Below are positions 55,476 through 64,000 of a stretch of DNA of 64,000 nucleotides, one piece after another. The DNA is taken from NCBI RefSeq assembly GCF_036321535.1, contig NC_087438.1, positions 8,062,001 to 8,126,000 on the forward strand. Direction: 5' to 3'. The first letter of the stretch is position 1; each line of letters opens with the position of its first letter. The notes beneath the pieces are model-generated. The model was not told the origin of the DNA. It saw nothing but the letters and a program-made list of their open reading frames with translations, and searched no databases. Both the position numbers and the translations under genes were made by a program. Source of the stretch: Camelus dromedarius. Lineage: Eukaryota.

Positions 55476-57721
55476 CAATAGTGAAAGTCACCGCCTATCC
55501 CGTCTTCACACTTCTTAGTTATCAATGACAAATCTCCAAAATCACAACCCTGAAAACGCAAAAGCTATTTTTCAGTCTTGACTTTAACTGTGCTTTCAAT
55601 TAACAAACCAGGTGGCTCCGAACTTGACGACGCCTGGAACGGTATCAAGCACACAGACTTAGGTATGGAATCCAGAAGCTCCAAAATTCCCGATCTCTCA
55701 CAAACGTTAGAATCTGTCCCCACACTTCTCCTGGGCCAAAGTTTGCTAATTTCTAAATAGGGCCAACGATCTGATGCAACCCAAGTATTTATGCAGAGTG
55801 ACAGAATAATTTTAAACTCAAAAACTGCCAGCAGCAATTTGCATGAAAAAAAAACTTTGAATATTTAAAAGTATGCATTTCAAACAAAGTAATTCCAACA
55901 CCAAAAGTGCTCACTGTAGCTCAAAAATTAAGACCCTTCAATGGCACGTTGATTTTTTTTTCCCCCACCAGGTAGCCAAAATGAAATACTGGTCAGAGAA
56001 TTTGAGGAACAGATGGAAATGAGGAGAGACGAGAAAACACGTGGGATTGTGCTGATCAACTGAAGTTCTCTCGTTTCTGGCCAAAGCTTCCCTCCTCCTA
56101 AACACACACACACACACGCCACATCATATCCTCAGAAACATTATTCCAGATATTAGAGTAAAAGCGATTTTCACAACATTTTCACTTGTAAAGCTCTTCC
56201 TAATCCAGTGATATAAGGAGCTGCCAGGCTCTTTCCCTGCCTCACTCATACTCCCCCAACCTCCCCACCAGACCCACACTCCCTATTTTCACTAAAGTGA
56301 TGCTGTGGCACGTATACAAGTGTATCACGTGTGACCCCTGGGAGAAAGAGCTAGGAGCTAGGACTCCTGGTTTCTTTCCCCAGGTCTGTGCAGGAAACGG
56401 AACGGCCTTTGGCAAGTCACCCAGACTCTCTGTGACTCAGTTTCCTCTTCTCTCAGGTGGCTGGGAAGGTGTCAGGCTTGAGCCTGCCACTAGCTGAGTT
56501 GCCAGGATCTAGTAACTTAGTTTACAAACTTCTATAACAAAGCTACAGAAACAAAGTTGCCAAGTATGTGTCCCGGCCCCTCTTCCAACCAGATTGTTAC
56601 TCCTGAGTCCCTACGTAATAGCTATATTAATACTGTCCTTGGGTTAGCACCAATGGCTGTCCGTTCCACAATTCTATTAAAGAGAGGGGAGGAGTGAGTG
56701 AGAGTAAACACACCAGCATAATTTGGGGGCAGCAGAATTCCAGCCTGCATCCTGTCACACCAGGCCAGTCCACACGGGCAATTACTGTGCTGAATTTAAA
56801 AAGCCCTTGGACACCTGCCTCCCGTATGCAACAAGTTCCTTTTTTCACCCTATTTATCTCCACAGTCATCTATCTGTGTCACGAAGGGAACCATATGAGT
56901 GCAGCATCTGTTACTAGACTGACACAATTACCAAATACTTTCATAAGAGGGAAAAAAATTATCAACAGTAAGTCCAGATTCGCTGTCAGGTGTTTTAGGA
57001 GACAAAACATCAGTCTTTCAATCACAGTGTCTCGTTTAAGCTGAACATATGGTGCCACCAGCAGAGAATCACCAGCTCAGCTCGGTCTTTGACGGGCATA
57101 ATGACCACAGAAATGTCATCTTCTCTGAATTGGCAGAGAAAAGCAGGCTTCTTACAGCCCCATTCCAACCCCTGGGTCCCCATAATAAGCAGGCAACAAA
57201 CTCAAGAGGCTTTCTCATTGGTTCATTTTCCCCCATTGTTGGAATCTACGTAAATTCAATGACAGGTAGGGGAGCGTCCTTTACTTCTCAGACTTAGACA
57301 AAATATCATAAATTCAAGCCACAATGAAGTAAAAATTCAAGGCAATTTTTCATCATTGGTTACTTTTCCATTCCTATTAAAACTTATGTAAATTGAACGC
57401 CTGCTTTGGGAACACGCCGTATTTTTTTCTACACCTAAATGTAGATAACTATCCGTGATCATAGAAATACTGTGCTATTTATTCTCTTCGCTCTTTTTTC
57501 TGGATACAATCAACAGGTCTGTGTGATTCTTTATTCAATTGGACTTAAAGGATGGATGTCTTAGTTTTCAGATGGAGGGGAGGGAGAGAGAGAGAGGGAG
57601 AAAGAAACACTAGAGTTTGAGAGATTGCAGTACTTCCGTAAAGAACCGGCAGGTTCGAATTCAGAGGCTAACCCAGCCTACCTGGGGACGCCCTCGCATC
57701 CCCTACCTTGGGCAGATGCTA

Positions 57722-58627
<906 letters not shown>

Positions 58628-59754
58628 TTACACACCTCAGAGGGGGGTAAGAGCAAATCTGGAAGAGCCGAGGCACCGGATTAGTCCCCGAAAGAGTTTA
58701 AAAGCCCCCCCCCCCCCGCCGGCCCCCTGGCAGGGCCATCGTGATCGCAATCACGATCTGGTAGTTTTCATGAGAAATTCAGACAGTCTTTTCTCCCCCC
58801 ACCCCGGCCCCCACCCGCACGGGCATTTCATTGGATACAGTTTCTGCCTCTGACATTGGCTAAGATGCATACTTATCTGGAGAACATAAGAAAGAAACAT
58901 ACTTCGTGGAGTTTATTCTGTAGCTATTGCCCCGTTGATTCTTCTTTGTGGATGAGAAAAGTTAAAAGGAGGGAAAAAATATCAAGTCGGAAGAAATACG
59001 CTGGGTCTTTCAGTATTTAGAAAAAGCATTTCCAGAGGAGGCAGAGCAACTGTAAATGAAAGGCTTCCCTTTTCTAGATTTACCGCTGGCCTCCAAGTCT
59101 TTCAGCCTCTCTCTCTCTAGCTCGCTTTTAAGAGCACCCTGCAGCTGTGTCTTCAAACTGAAAGCCAGTTGCCTCTCATTTATTTACAAGAACACAAAAG
59201 ACAACAAGGGCTGGGGTGGAGCCAGAGAGACAGTTGGAGGGGAAAGCACTCTCCTTGAATCTGGTCCAGAGACAAATCTGCATTCGAATGAAAACACTGC
59301 ATTGTCAACCACTTCTGTGCAGGAGGTCTGGGTTCTTCCAGGCTTTCCCGGAGGAGCAGAAAAGTTTTTGAGAACAGGCTGGTGTGAAAAGGGGGTAAGA
59401 TTGTACACAGAAAAAGGGAGAAGCTGGGGAAGACAGGTTTTGAAATGAGGGGTGGGAACTGGGTAGGGTGGAGGAAACGGGTGAGCCAGAGGGAAGGGGG
59501 AGAGAGAGAGACCGAAACAGATGTTCTCTATTAAAAGTTTCACTTATGCCTCTCCACCCGTTCTGGAATGGCAATTGGCAAATGACAGACTGGGCACTTT
59601 CAGCAACGTTCACGCAGCATTCCAAAGTTTATCTGGAATGTTAGGTTCGTGTGACCATCTGAGGGAGTTAATTGAACAACATCAAAATCCTCTGTGAAGA
59701 GCAGTCTGGATGGAGAGGGAGATACATTGTCTGCTGAAAGACGTTCTGTATGAG

Positions 59755-59850
59755 GTGTGTGTTTATGTATGATGTATATATTTCATATTTTTGTATATGT
59801 GGGTGTATGTGTGTGTATATATATATATAATACACATACATATATATGTA
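59755..59850. repeat. TA/TG/CA low-complexity tract
   Basis: Alternating purine-pyrimidine dinucleotides. Confidence 0.75.
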
Positions 59851-59865
59851 TTTTTATCCATCCAC

Positions 59866-60314
59866 TGACAAAGATTCTCTTTCACCAAGCTCTAGTCGGG
59901 CTCCTCTGAACTCTCTTCTCAACAAGGCTGTGCATTGTCCAGTTTTAGCAAGAATCCTGCTAAGTCCGTTTAGCCAGCACCCCCCCCCCCACTCTCAATG
60001 TCTGATCGCCCTCCATGTCTGTTCTAGTTCCTCACCCTTCACCAGCCCCCAGGTGACATGTCATCACTCCAGCCTGTCTTCAGCAAGAATCCCGTTAGAA
60101 TCCTCTTTCCATGATGTTTCCTCTTAGTAATCTTTCAACCGCCGACCCCCAACCTGTTCCTTGGCCGTATATTCCCACTTTTCCTCACTGTATTCTATAC
60201 CATTCTATACCGACACTTCTCCTCCCCTATTGCAATAGTTCTTTTTTTTTTTTTTCTAAATAAAATCTGTATTCGTTGCTTTAACTGCTGTCCAGTTCTG
60301 GTTTTTCTTTAGCA
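59866..60314 (+). mobile_element. Solo ERV1-class LTR (MER31-like)
   Basis: TG...CA termini, 4-bp TSD ccac/tcac (one mismatch), AATAAA at 60259-60264; start TGACAAAGATTCTCT...GGCTCCTCTGAA resembles recalled MER31-group consensus. Confidence 0.75.
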
Positions 60315-60354
60315 TCACAAAGCAATTATTTTGAATTCAACAGTAGGAGTGAAA

Positions 60355-60450
60355 GTAAAATGTAAGCTCCACGATTCTATTCAGTGGTATGTCTCCAGCA
60401 CCTAGAGGAAGGAGTGTTCACAGCAGAGCTACCACGATCGTTTGTGGGAT
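60355..60450 (+). mobile_element. L2 3' end whose (TGAA)n tail continues at 61427-61438 after the LTR
   Basis: AATGTAAGCTCCACGA...TCTCCAGCACCTAGA...TTTGTGG then GAATGAATGAA beyond the LTR. Confidence 0.65.
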
Positions 60451-60652
60451 TGTTAGAGCAGGCAGGTAGCTAGACATGAGCAGAGAAAGAGGGACATGGG
60501 CCAAACGGCAGAAAACCATACATCTTGTGAACAGCAGGGGTCCTTGGACAGACCAAGAAGAACAGGATCCTTGGGACTGATAAGAAACCAAACACTCTGG
60601 GTTGACAAGTGTCCTGGAGGCAAAACAGGTGGGACAAGACAGGAATCCCCAC

Positions 60653-60756
60653 CATCTGAATGTAACCTTTCGATCATTATGACCTCATCTGAATGTAACT
60701 TTCACTTATGATGCCCCTCACCTGAATGTAACCTTTTGTTCATCATGACCTCATCT
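60653..60756 (+). repeat. About 3.2 copies of a 33-bp tandem repeat in the LTR U3 region
   Basis: CA(T/C)CTGAATGTAAC starts at 60653, 60686 and 60719, with a partial CATCT at 60752. Confidence 0.88.
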
Positions 60757-60783
60757 AACTCCCTGGTCAAGACTAAATGAGGA

Positions 60784-60955
60784 GGGGGGAGGGTATAGCT
60801 CAAGAGGTAGAGCAGATGCCTAGCATACACAAGGTCCTGGGTTCAATCTCCAGTACCTCTATTAAAAAACAAAACAAAACAAAAACTAGTAATAAATAGA
60901 TCTAATGACCACCCCCGGCAAGAAACAAAAAGAATTTTTTTTAGTATTTTTAAAA
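60784..60955 (+). mobile_element. tRNA-Ala-derived SINE (vic-1-like), first of two tandem copies
   Basis: GGGGGGAGGGTATAGCTCAAGAGGTAGAGC...GGTCCTGGGTTCAATCTCCAGTACCTC, A-rich linker and TCTAATGACCACCCCC tail. Confidence 0.88.
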
Positions 60956-60969
60956 GTCTAAAAAAAAAA

Positions 60970-61128
60970 GAGGGAGGATATAACTCAGTGGAAGAGTGCG
61001 TGCTTAGCATGCATGAGGTCCTAAGTTCAATCCCCAGTACCTCCATCAAAAAAAAAAAAAATACATAAACCTAATTACCTCCCTCCAAAGCAAAAGCACA
61101 TAAAGAAAAACAAAAATATATTTTTAAA
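60970..61128 (+). mobile_element. tRNA-Ala-derived SINE (vic-1-like), second tandem copy
   Basis: GGAGGATATAACTCAGTGGAAGAGTGCGTGCTTAGCATGCATGAGGTCCTAAGTTCAATCCCCAGTACCTCCA, poly-A and CCTAATTACCTCCCTCC tail. Confidence 0.88.
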
Positions 61129-61639
61129 AAGACTAAACAAGGACAAGGAATCCCTCTTCCCCAGCTGGGAAGGTGGAGCTGGGATGAAGATCAGGAAAGA
61201 GGACCCCAAACCCCTCCCTGCCAATGAATATTCTGCCCATTCATTTTTACATCCATATAACTAGCTTGCCAAAGAAGCTCAGGGCAGCAAACCACCTGGG
61301 TCTGCCTGCCTTCCCTTGACAGGGTACTATCTATTCCTTAATAAATCCTTGCTTCACTTTCTTGACCTCCGTGTCTTGTTTCTGAATTGTTTCTGCGACA
61401 AGACAAGAACCTTCTTGCTGACAACAGAATGAATGAAGGAATGGTTAGTACAGCTGATGCCCAAGGCTGTGGCATGAGGGCCTCCACGTAGGGAGGCTGG
61501 TGGAGAAGCTCTGCAGAGCTGGCGTGCTCACTCTGGACCCCAGAGACACAGTCCAGCATCATCCAGAGTCATGGGGGCGCTGCCTGGGTCCAGCTTTGCT
61601 TCTCTCCTAGTAGAAGTTCTGAGCTTCAGATATACAGAC

Positions 61640-62090
61640 TGAGCTTCTCAAGACCTAACCACGTATTATAATTGCCAGGGGAGCTTTTGGAAAACAACTC
61701 AGTACCCAGGCAGTATCCACCAGCTGTTTATTTCAGAATCTCCAGAGGTGTGACTCAAACATCAGGCTTTTGGGAAGTTCACAAAGTAGTCCCAATGTAC
61801 AACCAAAGATGAGAACAAGTCATTCCCAGAGCAAGGGTTGTTTTCCAAGCGTGGTCCCCACGCCAGCAGCCAGCATCACAATCAGTATTGGCATCACCCC
61901 ACCTTCCCTAAGTGGGAAACTCTGGGGGAGGGGCCCCCGGGATCAGCTTCAACAAGTTCTCATTAAGTTTGCAAGCCTCTGATGTAGAGGAGATTCTGAT
62001 TCGGGGCTCTGGAGTGGACCTGAGAGCCTGCATTTCTAGCAACCTTCCAGGGGAGGGAGATGCCGCTGGCCTGAGAACTACCACTAAGCT
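61640..62090. mobile_element. Adjacent MER5-family remnants
   Basis: TTTCAGAATCTCCAGAGGTG; CAAAGATGAGAAC; GATTCTGATTCGGGGCTCTGGAGTGGACCTGAGAGCCTGCATTTCTAGCAA. Confidence 0.6.
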
Positions 62091-62787
62091 GCAGAGAGTG
62101 ACTGTCTTTCCTTACTTTTCTCTGGAAGCTCTCCTGGGGCCTGAGCAGCGACACTCTCGGCACTCAGCTATGCAGAACCCAGCTGGCTAGTAACAGAAAA
62201 GCCTCCAACAGGAATTTCTGTGAGCGATTCCCACAGGGTCAATGAGAAGGAAAAAGAACCCCAGAGGGTCGACTGAGAGTCCCTTGCTTACAAAGAACAA
62301 ATACTTTTTGTTATGTCTTGGATATATAACATGACATTACAGATCCTATTAGCAAGTAGCATAGTTTTTAATAAAATAAATACTACAGTATACCACTAGA
62401 AATTAAAATGCTACATAGCATTCTAGTATTGAAGTATTAGAATAAAGTGGATTCTAGGGAAACCTTAAATAAACCTTGCAAACACTTTATTTTCCTTTTA
62501 ATACGTTGAAACTTCCAGCTGCAGAAGTGCTAACTCTGTTGAGTATTATTCATAAGGTTTCTTAAAGGGTCCTCCCAAATCTGTAAAAGTTTTGAGAACT
62601 GCCACACTAATTCCAGGTATTCTGACAGGCTACAGCTGCCAGTTCAAAAACTTTTTAAAAATATTATAGGATCTTGGTGAAATTTTGCCAGTAACTTTTT
62701 TACACGAAAAAGAGAAAAACATAAACGATAAAATTTTATAGGCTTTTTAAGATGGGTATTGTCTATGCTGGAAATGTTCTATGTCTA

Positions 62788-62910
62788 CACTGTCCAATAC
62801 GGTAGCCACTAGACACATGGGCCCTAGATATATGCACTGGATTTTAACACGTTTAATTTGAATTTAAATAGCCAAATGTGTCTCGTGGCTACCTTGCTGG
62901 ACTGTGCAGT
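62788..62910. mobile_element. hAT-Charlie MITE (MER3-like)
   Basis: CTGTCCAATACGGTAGCCACTAGACACATG ... ATGTGTCTCGTGGCTACCTTGCTGGACTG inverted arms. Confidence 0.75.
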
Positions 62911-64000
62911 TATATAAGCCCTTCTGCAGTTTTTAATAAATAATCCAGGGGTATTATACTCCATTCCAATAGCCTCCACGATAAGAAGTGCCTAAGAACG
63001 GTTCTCTGGCTAAATAGAAAAATCTGTGTTTTTTGCATCAGTTAGACAAAAGCAGTCATCTTTTGGGAGCTTGTTTCCTCTCTTGGGTGTATATTTTGTT
63101 CCATCATGTAACTTCATTTAGCAGCAACTGGTGAGGAATACAAGTCAAGCCTGCTGCACAACTCATGAGGTGGTTTATGACTACCTAGGTCATCGGATTA
63201 AAAACAATATAAGCAAAATTGAACACACAGAGAATTTCATCCACTTTACTGTCATGGAAGCTCAATTCCGCCGTAAAAGTATGGTGGCACTATAAATAAA
63301 ACTGTAAATCCAATTTTAAAGTTGAAGTTCCAAAACTTCACGTTTTTAACTCATAATTACTACGTCCTTCTTCCCTAGGGATATTTGGAAATGTGTGTGC
63401 ACAAGCAATGGGAATTGAAATCACTTTATTGATACTGAGACCCTCAAAAATGGTGATATAAAATTTTGTAGAAATATTTGGAGATAATTGAGCCCCAATA
63501 CTGTCCTGGATCACACGTGGCTAATGACCAGGATAATTCTTGTTGGTATCTTCATTCCCTGCTCTTTGAATCGGTCTCAACCCAAAGGATTACTTTCTTT
63601 CCCATCCTGCCAAAACGCGGCACCTGTCTATGTGAAATCGCCAAGGAAGCAGGACATTGTTAAGTAGACGGTCTGATTAAATAGTTTCCAATAGGCAGAG
63701 TTCGGTGCACATTACATGTCATCCCTTCTTGCTTCCAACTATGGGAAAGCCATCAAGAGACAAATAAAACATTACTTCTAATTCCTACGGACACTTTATG
63801 GAGATTATGTCTCATGCGAAAAAAGAAAATGTGGGGTTTTGTTAATGAGACATGAATAATACATGTAATTTACCAAAGATCTTATAAATTAAATATTTCA
63901 TCTGCATTATAATTTACATACAAGTTTCACGTGGGCCCAATTTGGGATATACTATGGTTGTGATTTTCATATTATATGTCCACGTGTATTTGTTGCATGT

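Larger units (their letters stand above)
60451..61426 (+). mobile_element. Solo ERV LTR (probably ERV1 class) interrupted by two SINEs
   Basis: Inverted termini TGTT...AACA, 4-bp TSD ggat/gaat, internal 33-bp tandem repeats, TATA-like CATATAA at 61254-61260, AATAAA at 61340-61345. Confidence 0.8.

Noticed and set aside
58738..58757. Perfect 8-bp hairpin ATCGTGAT-cgca-ATCACGAT at the CpG island edge
   Set aside because: A stem this short is expected by chance in 64 kb; no supporting context.
60653..60756. CRISPR-like regularly spaced repeats
   Set aside because: The intervening segments are homologous to each other (tandem 33-mer), it sits in a mammalian LTR, and there are no cas genes.
60784..61046. 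Two apparent tRNA-Ala genes (and one at about 9043-9115)
   Set aside because: Each is followed by the SINE A-rich linker and tail, has stem mismatches and is bracketed by TSDs; these are SINEs rather than tRNA genes.

Overview
This is mammalian genomic DNA, most likely from a camelid, judged by tRNA-Ala-derived vic-1-like SINEs and a cetartiodactyl-type L1 3' end. The whole window lies inside the CTNND2 (delta-catenin/NPRAP) gene on the minus strand. Three coding exons have canonical AG/GT boundaries and compatible phases: 58399-57835 (565 nt, in a CpG island), 35805-35611 (195 nt) and 24956-24701 (256 nt). From recall these are human exons 7-9, encoding the Pro/Ser-rich region that ends just before the armadillo repeats. 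The rest is intron containing L1, L2, MIR, MaLR and ERV1 LTRs, hAT/mariner MITEs and microsatellites; repeat subfamily names are from recognition, not a database search. I see no evidence of a novel multi-gene system. The best leads are splicing-level: an in-frame second acceptor 66 nt upstream of exon 9, an in-frame 29-Tyr microsatellite read-through after exon 9, and an RBFOX site beside the branch point of symmetric exon 8. Also notable are altered poly-Pro/poly-Ala tracts in exon 7 and a three-layer nested L2/LTR/double-SINE insertion.
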